From Raja brachyura (Eukaryota), in NCBI GenBank assembly GCA_963514005.1, contig OY740810.1, forward strand, positions 12,896,001 through 12,960,000: a DNA stretch of 64,000 nucleotides. The letters run 5' to 3'. Both the position numbers and the translations under genes were made by a program. The notes below the pieces were generated by a model, which was given only the letters and a program-made list of their open reading frames with translations, was not told the origin of the DNA and did no database searches. Of this stretch, positions 1 to 15,539 are shown piece after piece. Each line of letters starts with the position of its first letter. The stretch's first letter is position 1.

Positions 1-469
1 CCTTTCCTCCTTGGTTAATCTGTTAGAAGCAATCCCTCTTTAGTTACTATCCCTAACCCAATCCCACACCCATGCCTAGATCCTGCCTCCAATCTCAAAT
101 GCAGCACAGGGGCTGATCCAGCCTATGGTTACTGGCCACTCTGCACCTCTGAACCCAACTTCACTCCTGACAGCATATTAAAACTTTTACAGGTTTCTGA
201 AGTCTTGCAACAAATGCTTGTAACAGTGGACACGGGGGTCTACTGGCAGTTGAGATTCAATTACAATGCCCAATTGGATACACTAATATATCTAGACCAC
301 AAGGTGCTCAAAGTTCAAATGGCAGGTTCACAATTTCACTTCATATTAGCTTGAAAAATGTTGCAACTTACACATTTCTGAGAATGATTACTGCAGCAAT
401 AAATTAAAATAAAGCCTAAAGCAGTTCCGCAGCATAATGGCACTGTTGATTGACCTCCTCTGTCACAGC

Positions 470-712
470 TCAATTTTGACCTTAAATGTTATATGGAGTT
501 CTTACTCTGACCACATGGGTCTCTCCCGGGGGCTTCAGATGTGCTGGTTAAAAGGTTAATTGGCCACTGTAAATTGTCCTGCGTTTGCAGATGAGCAGCA
601 GAATCTGGAGAGAGTTGAGTGGGAATGTGAGGGGAATAAAATGGAATTAGCATAAATGGGCCTGTGATATTCAGTACAGGCAGGCCAAAGACCCTGTTTT
701 CTTGCTGTTTCA
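470..712 (+). mobile_element. decayed HE1-like SINE with CR1-type tail
   Basis: aggttaattggccactgtaaattgtcc central motif and ccctgttttcttgctgt tail; recalled similarity only. Confidence 0.5.
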
Positions 713-1137
713 TTGATGTGTGTTTAAATATAAATATGTAGTGGGTACGCAGATAGCAGCAGAGGAGGCTATATTCTTACTGATGATAGATGTTGGATGG
801 ATATTTAGTGATATGAGAGCAGGGATGGTAAGAGAGGAATAACAGATAGCATTTTCTAAACTACAGGAAAAGCTCAATTAACTGTGGCTGTCTTTTCTGG
901 TTATGCAAATATTTGTCATTTATTACCCTGTGTATTTCTGCTTACATTCACAAAAAAGACATAGGATACATTTAAAATATAATCTCAAAGCTGTGAAAAC
1001 AAGTTCTAAATACAGCTGGGTACAAGTTATTTTTGAGAATGTTAGATGATGTCATTGCTATAAGATATTCAGAAATGTGGATAGAAGTATTGGAGATGTG
1101 ACTGCTTTGTCCTTATTGTAGCATTACTAAACGTCTA

Positions 1138-1371
<234 letters not shown>

Positions 1372-1999
1372 TTATTTTTGGAATCAATATAGTTCTGTTT
1401 CATTTTTAACCTTTGCTAACTGATGGAACCATATTTTAATGTACTCATAATTGAAGAAAAGGTACACACTTTCTGCTCTGTTCTCTGGGGGATGAAGCAA
1501 TTTAGATGCACACACCACTTTTTAGATTTTTGTTTTCGTTTCACAGGCAATGAACTAGTTCTGAAGCAGTATTACTCCTTCAATGTTGCAAAATAGGCAT
1601 TGTGTTCCACCAAACAATCCCACAATGGTTAACATATCAGGAAGACAAGGTTTATAGCCACAGAGTGATACAGCATGGGTGACCTGATGAAACAAAAAGT
1701 AGCATTATATGCATGCTATGGAAATACCAAAGGATGAATTTAGAAAGGAGAAATTGGGTAGATGATGTGGTCAAACGCTTTAAATACTGACAAATACTTT
1801 GGTCTGGGATGCACAAAAGGTTTTGAAAAGAGGACTGGGGATTTGTTCTGCAAATCGATACGAATGACTCATCGAACATTTTTGCCTTTTCCTGAAAATT
1901 TCTACATTCTGTTATAAGTGCTTGGGGATAAATGCTTAGATCAACTACAACAAATTTGAAAGTAAAATGTACAGTATGTATGAAATTCAGAATTACTTA

Positions 2000-2167
<168 letters not shown>

Positions 2168-3189
2168 TCACTAAAATTGCAAATTAACATTTTTAATTAT
2201 GGTCTCAAAAATGGTCTCGACCTGAAACATCACCTGTTCCTATTCTATAGAGATGCTGCCAGCTTTTTGTGTCTATCTTTAGTTTTAAAAAGCATCTGCA
2301 GTCCCTTCCTACACATTTTCTACTTTTATTTTGATACATTTTAAGCCAAAACTAAAAGACAAAAATGCCTTCTCAAATACAATTTATATAACGCTAAGAT
2401 AAAACTTTGAGGAAAAAATAAATTCAACAAAATTCTGAAATTTCATAAATTATTGATTCAATTCTGAAATGAGACGGGCAAGTCTCAGAAATGTTGGCTA
2501 TGATACTTTTATCATAATTTTCCGAGTTATACTTGAAAAGACTATCTTGACTTTTTGTGCTGGCTTATTCACTTGCAATCTATTTACAGCGGACCAGTGT
2601 TCTATGACAGTCTCTCCTTTATTTACACAAACATTCCTTTCTAGAATAAGATCCATCTATCACTGTTTATGAACGTAGATATGTCTTGTTTGGCTCCAAA
2701 CATCTGATTTTTCCTTCATTGCCATTGTCATACTCTTTTGGCTCCAGTGCATACAAGCCTAGCCTATCCAACTTTTCCCCATCCAGCCATTTCACAAACT
2801 AGAGTATAAACAAGAAACTGAAGATGCTGGGTGACAAAGTTATAAAGCACTCAGCGGATCAGGCAACATCTCTGGAGAACATAGATAGGTGATGTTTCAG
2901 GTCGCGATCCTTAAGCATTGAGTCTATATAAAGGCAAGGAAGCTTAAATACCCTCTGATAGCTTATCAGTTTCAACATAATCCTGGAACGGAGACATCAT
3001 TCATCAATCTGACAATTTTTTCAAGGAATCATTTAAGTAAATACTAGTACTCCTACACAGTTAGTTAACTGTACATAATTATGTCTCACAGAATGCTAAT
3101 AGTACCCTCTGTCAACTTTGCTTCAGTTCCTTTTATCAAAGACAATATCATTAAAATAAATTCTAAGACTTGTTCATCCTCATATAAAA

Positions 3190-3623
3190 TCCCTTCAGTA
3201 TTTTTATCTCTAAAATCGACCCCGGAAGCTCCAAATGCGGAGGTCTGCGGACTTTAATAATGTGGAGCTCGCGGTCCTTGGTTAGGGACCGGCTTCGGGA
3301 GGTCCAAGCTGCGGGAGCTTCGACTGCCCCGATCACAGGAGCCTCGATCACCCCGACGTGGGAGCTCCGATCGCCAGCTGCGGGAGCTTCAATCGCCCCG
3401 ACTGTGGATGGTTCGACTCCACTGACCGCGGGAGAAAACAAAATAAGACTTTATTGCCTTCCATCACAGTGGGGAATGTGGAGGAGCCGCTGTGGTGGAT
3501 GTTTATGCCAAATGTTTATGTAGATTCTGTGTCTTGTTGCCTTTTTGGTATGACTGTATGGCAAACCAAATTCCTCGTATGTTGCAAAACATACTTGGTT
3601 AATGAATTACGATTATGATTATG
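3190..3623 (+). mobile_element. GC-rich non-autonomous retroposon with internal ~40-bp repeats and an (ATTATG)n tail
   Basis: Repeated GGGAGCTTCGA..GCCCCGA units, CpG-rich, microsatellite tail; family uncertain. Confidence 0.55.
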
Positions 3624-6600
3624 AAATGGAGACACAATATAGTGACCTGTAATTCAGATGGAATTCATATTTATGTACCATGACTGAAAAATAAAACGCA
3701 ACAATATAATGCCCAGAGCTTATTTCAGTATCTACATGGTGCATTTATGGTTGACATTATTTACATCATCTGATTAGAATCACATCAGGACACAGCAAGA
3801 GACATATGAGAAATGCCCCAAAGTTCAATATGCTTAAATAATCTATGAGAGATAATAAATTGTTTTATTAGATAATCAGATTTCACGCTACTATGGAAAT
3901 ATATAGTCTCAGATTTAAAGAGCATGAGATAATAGGCCTGACCTTGCAGGCAGGCCCTGCTGCCCACAATTACTCATGTGGACCTGATGCTTATACTCAA
4001 CTAAACTAGATGCTGATTTTTTTAAACTAATGATATAAAAAACTTAAAACATAGATGAATAAAAACATAATATGCACAATTAAAAAAACCCAACTCTGTT
4101 CTCTGCAGATATAAAACCCTCATTGAAATCAATTCCCCTTGAGGAATTACATTATGTAGCAAAATGTATTTCTACAGATCTCAATACTGCCAATTAAATT
4201 CAGGATATTGCGATTGACTGCATGAAGTGTATCAGTCCTGAAACTGATTCTATTTATGGATAATGTCCAGCTGATCCATTTGGAATCCTTGGTGTTTAAA
4301 TGCAAATCTGTGGCTGTTCCTTGCAGAGACCTTTAAGTATTTGTTACATTGGAACAGTCTTGTTGCAAAACTAAATCTGCAGTATCAATGCAGTCATTAA
4401 CAAAAGACAAAGGACACATATCCTCTGCATCCATTTCGTCGAGACATTGAAGAATTTAAATGAAATTACCTCTCCACTAACTCAAGTGAATACAGCACCA
4501 TTCTACTCAATCTTTCATCAAGGGTCACCCCCACTCTCCCAGAACTCGACCTAAATCATTATTCATTCATGGGATATGGACAAGGTCAAGATTTTTATTC
4601 CATGTTAGAAAGCAGCTAAGAGTTACATAACTGGGAATATTCTGTTCCTATCCAAACAAACAATCTCACATACTGTACATCTACTCTACCACCTTGTCCC
4701 ACCTGTTCATATCATTTTATAATTATTTGTATTCTCCTCATAGCTTATTTATAATCAGCAAGTTTGATAATTCCCATTTACACACTACTCTCATTTATAA
4801 AAATATAGCAAATACCCAAGCACTAATCTGAAGGCAATTAACTAGCTGCCTTCCTGCCAACCTGAAAACATCTTGTCTGCTTTCTAAGCACTAATGAATT
4901 CATAATGATTGTTAATATGTTGCACACCATGAACCATGATTTTGCACATTTTTCAAACTTTAAAATATTCTAAATCCACTGTTGATCCTCAACAACCCTG
5001 TGACTTATAACTTCTAAATATTAACCCGTTTAACAAACCGTCTTCTAATTCGATAACAGTTCTGCTCAATGACATTAGGATTTCTAATAATATTATGAAA
5101 CCTTATTATATAGCTGACACCATGTTCTAGCATTTCCTGTGCTACGATGTGTTGGAACGAGTCTGCAGCTTTCTACCGCTCTCTTTTCTCCAACTCAATG
5201 TCAAATGGAGATAGAGCCTTTTCATATCAAATGTTCAGAAAAAGACAATGCTCTATTTGACAGTTCAAAGTCCTTATGAATATGGGACAAATTTACAATA
5301 GTAGACATAATCTACAATTATCACAGACCGATAGAATAGTGCTGTGAGAGGTCCTAGAGGAAGTGGAATTGCAATGTCGGAATCTGATCTCTGTTCACAG
5401 TGCAGAATTGCTAATGTGGTATATTGCTGCTGGTTCAATTTATTCAAATCTTGATGTCAAACCATCAACTGCAGTGTAAACAAGTTATATGGTAGTGGTT
5501 CGAATCAGCTATGGAGTGGATTATTGCTGCATGAACCTTATTTCAACCACAAGGTTTATTGCACAAAAAACCTATATGAACTATTTATATGTGAAGATTA
5601 TTCTGGTTACTAAGATTGAATTTGGATATGACTGTACTCTATCATAGATTCCAAACATTATTTTTTGGTAGATATTAGATTTTGAATGTAGCAGACAGGG
5701 TAAGGGAAGTTTAAACCAATATTTAGTACAATTCCATTTATTATGCCAAAACTGTGGTGCACAAATGTATAGGACAGACCCAGCTGCAAGATATGTGCAT
5801 CCTACTCACAATCACCATTCTCGGTGTCCAAGACCAGGGATGAGAAAGCCAGGTCCATGTTAGGCCCAGTGTTCTGGACTAGAGTCCAGATCCAGATACA
5901 TGTCAACGTTGAGGCCCAGATTAAGCAATTATGGCTTGTGTCTTAAAATCCCTTTTAATCCGTGTCAGTGTCTAGTTTATATTGTTAATATAAAATATGT
6001 TTTTAATGAGTATATGGTTTTATAAGGTTGTTCACCTTTAAGCTTAAGTAGCCACTAAACATTGGCTGCTTTTATATCTACTCTCCAAACATTGAACAAA
6101 CATTACTTTCTGATATCTTAAGAAGATTGGCAGATGATCTAACAAAAGATGGACACTATAAAGAAGCAACTCTTGCACCAATTCAAATCTAAGTATATAG
6201 ATTAAAAAACCAATTATAAGGCTATTTATAGATGAGGTACTGTGCCACATAGGAAAGATAGCATTTGATTCTACAGATGTACAGGTTCTGGATCTGTCAG
6301 CATCTGCTGAATGCTCTGAAACACTGCTATCACAAGGGACCACACTTGATAACCATCTGGTGGTGTTGTACAATGGCAATGGACGAAGAGAAGGATGGTG
6401 AAAGAAGCGGAGAGAGGGGGTGATGGCAAAGTCCATATCTACAAGAACTTCAAGAGACCAGCTCAACAAAGAACATTTCATTTAAATTATTGCTTCCATT
6501 TCCAATACGAATAATCTCATTATACTTCCTGGCATAATTCAATTACAATGTTAGCACATTGCTCTCACCAACATACTTGTAGATGGTTAACAATTCAAAA

Positions 6601-8228
6601 AAAAGTTCAGAAACAATTATCTCCAAATCTCAAAATTGACCAAAAAAAATCATGAATCATCTTTCAGATGTGTATTTTATGTGCCTGCTTTCTCAGCCCA
6701 GGCAAAGTTTCCCCCCAACTTAAGAGGCGAAAGACTATTGAGCTACCATTAAGGATTCCTCAAGATATTGGTGCATATTCTTGAGCAGTTTTTATCCTCA
6801 AAGGCCAGAGTATAGTTTAGCCACAAACCAAGACAAACATTTTGCCTACTGGAATGTATGGCACCAAAATCCATTGATGGAAGGGGTGGTAGAGGCATCG
6901 GTAAATTGTCATTCCCACAAATAACACTGAGTGCCCATCCCATGGACCCAAGATTATTTTTCAGGGTCAGCATTGCAGCACTACTATCCTGTGGGCAAAC
7001 AGACGGCACATATAACAAAAACTTTGCAACACCCAATCATAGTGACTACCAAAACCATTACATTTGGCTTTAGAGCTTGCATCGCATCTGTAAAGGCCAT
7101 TAAGAGAGATCCCATGACATGGAGAGTGGGGAGATGGAAGGGGTAAAGGGGAGGAAAGGAATAAATTGCAATAATGCTGGAGCTGACCTCTTGGTGAATA
7201 CTAAACTGTTGGAAAGAATGTTCTTCAAGCTCCACACTCAGCCATGAGAAGTGTTAAAGTCAAGCACCTCACAAGGTCGGCAATCAGATGTCTCTGACAG
7301 CCGGAGAGCAAACATTTGCGTAACTAGCAAACATCTACGTAACTTGTAAACCTAGTGTGCAGTCACATCCTAGCCCTGTGCCTTGCTCCCTTTGGACTTA
7401 TGCCCAGTGATTCACCTCTCCTAACCTAGCTCCTGAAATACTTGTGGTGCCAATATCCAAATATGAGCGTGAAAAAGTGACAAGGAACCTTCCCGAAGAT
7501 TGGCAGAGAAGCTTTCACATGTTCAACACTTGCAATAAAATGCAAGGAGGAGAGGACAGAAAGAAAGGCAGACTTGGCCAAAGTATCTTAACCTTGTCAG
7601 CCAGTATATATAGACTGACACACAACATGACAGAGAAAACTAGGTATGAAGATAAATCATGCACAAAACTTCTTCCACCATTGCTAGCTGTCACTATAAC
7701 ACTTCCCTGCCTGTTGTTGGAACACTTTCTCTTCTTACATGGCTGTACTGTGCAGAGCATCTCCAACCTTCTGCAAAAGGTTGTAAGTAGTGAGAATCTG
7801 GAGAGGCTTTAAAAAAAAATTAAAAACGGTAAAGTAAAGGTAAACTGCCAGGTGGAGATATAGGAATAGAAATAATGAAACTGAGGTGAGTTGGAGTGAA
7901 ACATTTTGAAGTTATTACTTGAAGTACATTGTAGAGCAAGGAATGTTCACACATGGAAATGACAGTGTGAACAGACAGAATGACAACAACATTCTTGGCA
8001 TAACAATTTAGGGCACTGAGTGCCAGATCTGTCATGGAAACACGTTTGGTAATGTCTTCTCACTATCTCTAAGATCATCCTTAAAGAGCTTCTTAAAGGA
8101 GAGCGAGAGATAGATGACATTCCTCCTTGTTGCTGCCTGTACCAGGATTTCCAAGACAGCAAGTGTGAACTAATTGTATTAATGCACGGTATATCTGATG
8201 TGGCGTCAGGGACACTGTCACATATCAC

Positions 8229-8466
8229 AGATAGGCATCAAATGCTGGAGTAACTCAGCGGGTCAGGCAGCATCTCTGGAGAAAAGGAATAGGTAGAGGT
8301 TCGGGTTGAAACCCTTCTTCAGACTGAGAGTGTGATTCAGACTCAGTCTGAAGAAGGGTCTCGACCTAAACGTCACCTATTCATTTTCTCCAGAGATGCT
8401 GCCTGACCTGCTGAGTTACTCCAGCATTTTGTGCCTATCTTCAGTGTAAACCAGTATCTGCAGTTC
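8229..8466. mobile_element. palindromic (tail-to-tail) Penelope pLTR pair
   Basis: 8229-8328 is an imperfect inverted repeat of 8341-8440; hammerhead-like CTGAAGA core in each arm. Confidence 0.8.
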
Positions 8467-8888
8467 ACAAGGTAATTGTTAACAATACACCCAAATTATC
8501 TTCAGTTGAGTTTTTGATAGCTTGGAAATAAATTAAAAGGCTTCAGCAAGATTTGGTCATGCAGAAGGGAATTAAGCTATCCTAGTAATAGCAGAGAGAA
8601 GAGAAAATTATCAGTTATCGTCTTCCATCCATTTAATCATCCGTTATTTTCCTGACATCTGAGGAATTATTGCATAATTTGTTTAGAAACCGTTATGAAT
8701 CCAGAAGGTGACCAAGAACGCAAAATAAAATAGGCAAGTGCAGGCAAAGACTTTGTATCCAAATAATATGAATCTTGACACTTCATTGCAATTTTTAACA
8801 GAACGTACTAAATCTGCAATATATTGAACTTTTGCAAAACTATAATATCAAAGAACATTTATTAACTGTGATAATATGTCTACTACTA

Positions 8889-9227
<339 letters not shown>

Positions 9228-10878
9228 TTATAAATATAATGTAAAATTAAATCATTTTATTATTAAATGGTCCACATCTTGTAAAATCAGTTAGAATCAC
9301 TGATTTTGCGAGAAGTGGTGATTTATTTTGTTGAATGTTGTTTTCTTTTAATGGGAATAATCAATGAATCGTAAATGCAGAGAAGCACAATGAAGATAAT
9401 AGAACCTCTTGACTTGGAACATTGTAGACATATGTACCAAAACATGGTTTCAGAAAAATAAGGTCCAGATTCGCATTCCTGGTTTTTCAAACAAGTTACC
9501 CCCATTGTCAATGTCAATCATTGGAAATGATGAGTTGAAAATATATCTGATTCATAGGTTAAATCAGTTTATCAGGTTCTGCTTCTTGGAATTGACAATG
9601 ACTTGTTTCCATTCTGTTTTTGTCGGTTCCAGGAGGACTGATGAAGTCAAAGTGGAAATGCCAGATTCTTGCATTGATGGGAGAAGGTGGTACCTGATGG
9701 GTAGTTTGTGAGGTGGTGAGCCTCTATTGTATTTACATAGGGCACGAGTTCCACAATGTTATCTTTTGTCAGTAGTTGTCTTGCTATGGGTGATGTTAGA
9801 GGTATTTGTTGTCCCTCACTTCGATCATGATCAACAAATGCCAATGATTGGACCAGGGGTTTTGTCACGAATCTAGATCTTTCTCATTGAAGAAAACAGG
9901 GTATTTGTCTATGGAATACCAAGCTGCACATTCACTGAAGGACATGAGCGTTTTTGCTATCTCGACACAATCATGTACTAGTAGATTGCCATTAAGCAAA
10001 AGGCAATGTGTAGGGCATCAGGAAGCTAGATCACAAGGAGGGGAACATGCAACATGTAATTCTGAAAATCCATAAAAAGGACCATATTGTGGACTTTTAT
10101 GCCATTTTGACATTTCTATAGATTTTTCTAGAATGTATCTGTTATACTCATTAATGATATCAACCATCATTGCCACCATTAACGTAGTCAATTTCAATAA
10201 TTGCACTTTCCATTTCTTATAAACAATAAATATCTGTACTTTTAAATAATTATATCATTTACTCCATATTACTGTTTGACCCTTCAATTTAGGATCCGAT
10301 TTTTAAAAGTCCAGCAGTTTATTTGCATGTTGTACTCTTCGGTGCGTAGTGATTAATGAAGTTAAATTTGTTTATTCTGAACGTTAGTTTATATAAATTG
10401 TTCATTTTAAATATATGAAATATATCAATGGATATAAATCGAGCACTTATTCAACTTTAAAAAAATGTAAATGGAGCTGCACGGTAGAGCAGCTGATATT
10501 TTTTAATCTACCAAAAGCAATTGGTGTCCCAGCAATAATTTCAACATAAATATGAGATTCTATAAAGGACTACTCAGCAGTCCTGTGTGGAAGCTACAGA
10601 TTCTAACTCAAGAAACTCATTCGAACTCAACAGCTGACTCATCAAACCGTAAGCATTAATACATTAATTCATTTAGCTTTGAATTACACTTAAGTTGTTT
10701 TTTTATAGTTTAGTTTAGTTGGGTTGAAAACTATAAGTCATGGCATACTGCCTGGGAGTACCTTCACAATACTAAGATGAAATGCATCTGCATTATGGCT
10801 TCGTCTAAAAATTAAGTGATTCAGCCAATCATTTGAATACCTCCAGTCAAAGAGCATCAATCAGTTTGCCATGCATTA

Positions 10879-11139
<261 letters not shown>

Positions 11140-13463
11140 CTAACAAATAAGAAATTCACTTTAGCAATCATTTTACAGCATGAAAGATCGTGTCAAACTT
11201 TGGTTCGGTACTGCTTTAAAATAACTTCATCTCTTCTCCTGGTTGTTTTAGCTAGACCCTCACCTTAGCTTGATCCAGAATTTAACTGTTGCAGTGAGTG
11301 ATCTGATGCCAACTCTGGGAAATGAACTTCTAAAGTCTTTCAAATGAAGTATAATCTTCATTCCATCACATCTATTCTTCCACTATAATGACATTAAACC
11401 GATTAACTTCATGCATGGTGGGATAATCTAGTACATTGTTTGGCTACCCTTGCTTTATATTGAAAATCTATTTCACTTCCAGTACTGAAGCTTGAAAATA
11501 ATATCCATATTATGCCACAATAATTTTCTGTATAACACCTTAGACCGGTATACAACAGTGGAACTATGATAGTAGAAAAAGACTCTCAGCTCATCTCAAG
11601 CTTGCTGAGCTAGAATGCCCATCTACATGTTTAATTTGCCTACATTTTGTCACATGTGTTGGATTTGCTAATTTTCCGCATTTTTGGATATTACCCCAAT
11701 TAATACACCCATTCGTTTTTTCTAAAATGTTGCACAGTAGTATGATACATTTTCTATCAAATCTGATCGTTTTAGAGACCACTGGAAAAGGAGCCTTACT
11801 GAGTTTAAAGGAAGCATGGGAAATTGTGCCCTGGTGAGCTGTGCTTAATCACTAGCATTTCTGAACAAGAGAGTACAGGATTATTGGAGTTTTACAGTAA
11901 ATCATTAAAATCAATGCAAAATGAAATAGGTTATAATTCACCAAGTAAATTGGATTTCTAAATAGATATGAACTATTTCTTTAAATAATGCATTCTGAGT
12001 GCTCTGACGTAGGCTGTAGGAAAAACTCTGTGGCATTGAGTTGGAGCAGTAGCTGTGGGAAACAAGGTTCAGCGCGTTCACGGGATGAAGTGCTTGGGTA
12101 TATGTGTTGGTGGAGTGGGCCTCTAGAGGACCTGCAGCAGCCGGATGATCGTTTGGATCAGACGCTGCTGGAGTTACCACAGAGGCTGAGTGCACAGATC
12201 GGACGTGGCCTGCAGCAGTATGTAGCGGCAAAGCAGCGGTGGAGAACATGGAAGTCACCGACCACCGCGCCTAGCCTGGCTGACTCCTGAAACACCCACC
12301 CAGTGCCACCGCCAGGACATTGGGCCTTTAAGGCCCAGTTAAAATCTATATCTTTAAGGTCTTTGAAACTTGAAAGATACAAGATGGTGCCTGAAGTTTG
12401 ACGACTTTTGTGTACTACCTCAGTGTACTCTTGCATTTAAGTAAGACTGTGCTTATGTGTGGTAAAATAATTATTGAATTGTATGAAAAAGAAATGTCAC
12501 TATACCGAAGTGTATGTGAGAATAAAGTACCATTGAACCATTGAAAGGTTTTGTAAATTACATCTCTTGGTACAGATTGGCTGTCTATTTCTTTAAAACT
12601 GATTGGGTGTGAGATATGTTACAGTCAATGATTTGATTTCTAAAGACCCGTTAAAGGAGTAAAGCATTTTATGGCACCACACAGAATTGTTATCAAACAA
12701 ATCCTGTGAAAAAAATTGATGTCAAAGAGGCAAGTTCAAAGTAGTTTCTCGAGCAGGAGAGAATGATAGGAAGATGAAAAGACTTTAAGGTGTTTAAAGA
12801 GGGTATTCTAGAGATTAAGCTCTTGGTAGTGATTTGAATCAGAGGTGCACATGAGGGCAGATCTAGATAGTGGGGGGGATCGTAGGATTAGAAGCAGTTT
12901 CAGTTAGGGAAGGTAAGAGTGGCCATGGAGAGATGTATTAAATTTTTTTAGAAGTAAGTACATTACATTTTGATGGTACCTTTTTAAAGGTTCCCAGAAT
13001 TATTAAAACATTCTTTGTACAGCTTCCTTTTGTTTTTTGGAGAGATGGAGAGATTTGAAAACAAGCATATGAAGTTTAAAACTGGGACAATGCAAGATCA
13101 GAAACCAGTGTAGGTCAGCAAGCACATGGTCATGAATGCATGGGGCTTAATACATATTCTCATTTAGACAGTCGAGTTCTAGTCCAAAGACAGAAGGATC
13201 AACCAGGCAGGATTGAAACCGTCATGTGCAAAGAAAGAAAAGGATTTTATTGAGGTAACATTTTAACATCCCACTCGATGTCTTTTTATGTTCTGTCATC
13301 TACTTAATCCTTTCTTTTGTGTTACATAATTTATTTTTCCAGTAGAACAATTGAACTGATTAATGACCCTTCTACATCTTGAAAAAAAGTTGTATTCATT
13401 ATTCAAAGATCACAACTTTAAAACAAAATATTTGGCAAAAAATTATGTAGAAACTCATCTTAC

Positions 13464-13535
13464 CAGTTCTTCATCATTAAGAGTACGAGTTGCCAATGCA
13501 GAGGTAATACCAGCTTTTCTTGACTGCACCAAAGA
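13464..13535 (-). CDS. unc13a: unc13a exon SLVQSRKAGITSALATRTLNDEEL
   Basis: TTTAG acceptor, CTG|GTAAGA donor; 72 nt, phase 0-0. Confidence 0.95.
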
Positions 13536-14953
13536 CTAAATAAATAAAGAGATGAATTACCTGCATAATACACGGCAAATGTTTTTTGGGCAAATAGTAC
13601 ATCTTTAATAGCTAGAATTACACGTAAAAATATTATAGGGAAACCAATTACCATCCTCACCCTTAGTCCACAACCAGGAAGCAACACTGCTTATTGAACA
13701 AACAGCAGAATCATAGAGCCAACAAAACGAAGTAATGCATGTAAAGGTGTAAACAATTCTATATCAAGTATTGCAATTTCACACTAATGCATAAAATAAT
13801 CTTGTTCAATGGATTTTTTAAATAACATGGTACGTATGACACCGGGTGTACTATTATGTAATGTATTACCCAGACATGGAAATAGTGATTTATTTTCCTA
13901 TAATCAGCTAAAGGGAAACCTGGAGGCAGAAGATTGAGGCATTTTCTTAATTCTGCATTTAGGATATGAATATATTTCTATTAACTATTTTTTTAAATGG
14001 GGAAGAATTCAATAGAGGCAGCTAGACAGACCCAAGGTAACTGGAGTTATAATAAGAATGCTTCTTGACACTTTCTGCAATTATAAAAACTGTTGTTTTG
14101 GAGTGTAAACATCAGAAGCAGTTCTTTGTGTCAGGAACATCTAAATTAACAGTTTCTGGAATGAACTGCATTCTAGAAAGTATACCACAGCAGAATGTTG
14201 TGGGTGAAACAATGGATGGTACAAGGTTTGATCAGTCTTGATTCCTGCAGGTTCTAGCAGGAATCAAATATTATTTGGCACATCACAAAATACACACATT
14301 TGGCAGTTAAAATAATGAATTTTAACATTTGCTACCATTTAAATATCATTTAAACGGTATATTTAAACAGGTTCACTGGCACTTGGTCAGTCATTGTTAA
14401 AGCAGTATTACCACCGTTATTGATACAATTTAATCCACAAATATTTTACACAAAAACATGGCAAAGAAGATGAAACTAGAATTGGTAGTGCATGAACCCT
14501 GAACCAAGATGATCCAACAAGAAATATAATTTGATATAGATCCTCTTACACTAAAAGTTTCAATGTGTAGCCTCCTTCAAGTCAGATCATGTGCTCATTA
14601 TATCTCAAAGCTTACCAAATAATTAAAAATCCCATTGAATGATGAGTAGCTTCATGAGAACCCTTTTCTAACTCCATTCTAAAACAATAGACTTTCAGCA
14701 TTTTGTTATAATAGAATTTGGATCATATATTGGCATCAATATATTTATGTTTATGAAATTTAGCATCTAAAATGTTTTAGACTCCGAATTACTATGCTGC
14801 AGTAAATCTCAAGTGTTGTGACTAAATAATTGCCAATGGGGATTCATATCACACTTCATGATCTGATTTAGTTCAATTTACTTTGGTTCATTGATTGTTC
14901 ATCGCTACCAGATCTTCATCAGACCGAGAATAGACCACATATAAAGCACTTAC

Positions 14954-14959
14954 CATAGC
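14954..14959 (-). CDS. unc13a: 6-nt microexon GCTATG (Ala-Met)
   Basis: TTGCATTCGCTTTGTGCAG|GCTATG|GTAAGT; supplies the AM of Munc13-1 LVSDL-AM-SLVQSRK, which neither flanking exon encodes. Confidence 0.9.
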
Positions 14960-15539
14960 CTGCACAAAGCGAATGCAATGATGAAATAAATTACAAAACA
15001 TTAATACATGGATTAAAAAAACACCAAAGGCTTGACATTGTAGGACAAACCACGAGGTCAGTCATCATGGACATCATTGGCAAGTTAGAAATACTTTTTG
15101 TATGTTCATTTAAATAAACCGAGGCCAGTTTTCACTTTCATAGTCAACATGCTTTTGTTTCTATTTGATAATTATGGAACTAAAAGAAAGAAAGTTTCTC
15201 TAATTATCCACCGTCTCGTTGTAGAGTAGTTCTTTATTATATTATGGATAACCTATTTAATGCTTTATTTTTGACTTAATTTGTTATATTATACCTTCTT
15301 TAATATTTTGAGTGTATTTATGACCTCAACCTGCCCGTTTGTTATACTAGAATCAAGAATCATTCGAATAACCTGAAGGCTTTGCAGGCTTAAATTAACA
15401 AGGGCAATTACTATTTACTGCTTTGCATTTGGTCTGGAAGAAGGTTCTGTGAAATGGGATTGGGGGAGAGAGTGATGAAGGTGATATTGGAGGGAGGATG
15501 AGAGGGGAGTGGAAAGGGACGAGGTTTTGATCTTGTAAT

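Noticed and set aside
3286-3430. Repeated units resembling a CRISPR array
   Set aside because: Eukaryotic retroposon-internal repeats; no unique spacers and no cas genes
11988-12545. 100-aa ORF in a GC-rich patch
   Set aside because: The patch ends in a CCATTGA-repeat tail typical of a retroposon; no protein similarity recognised
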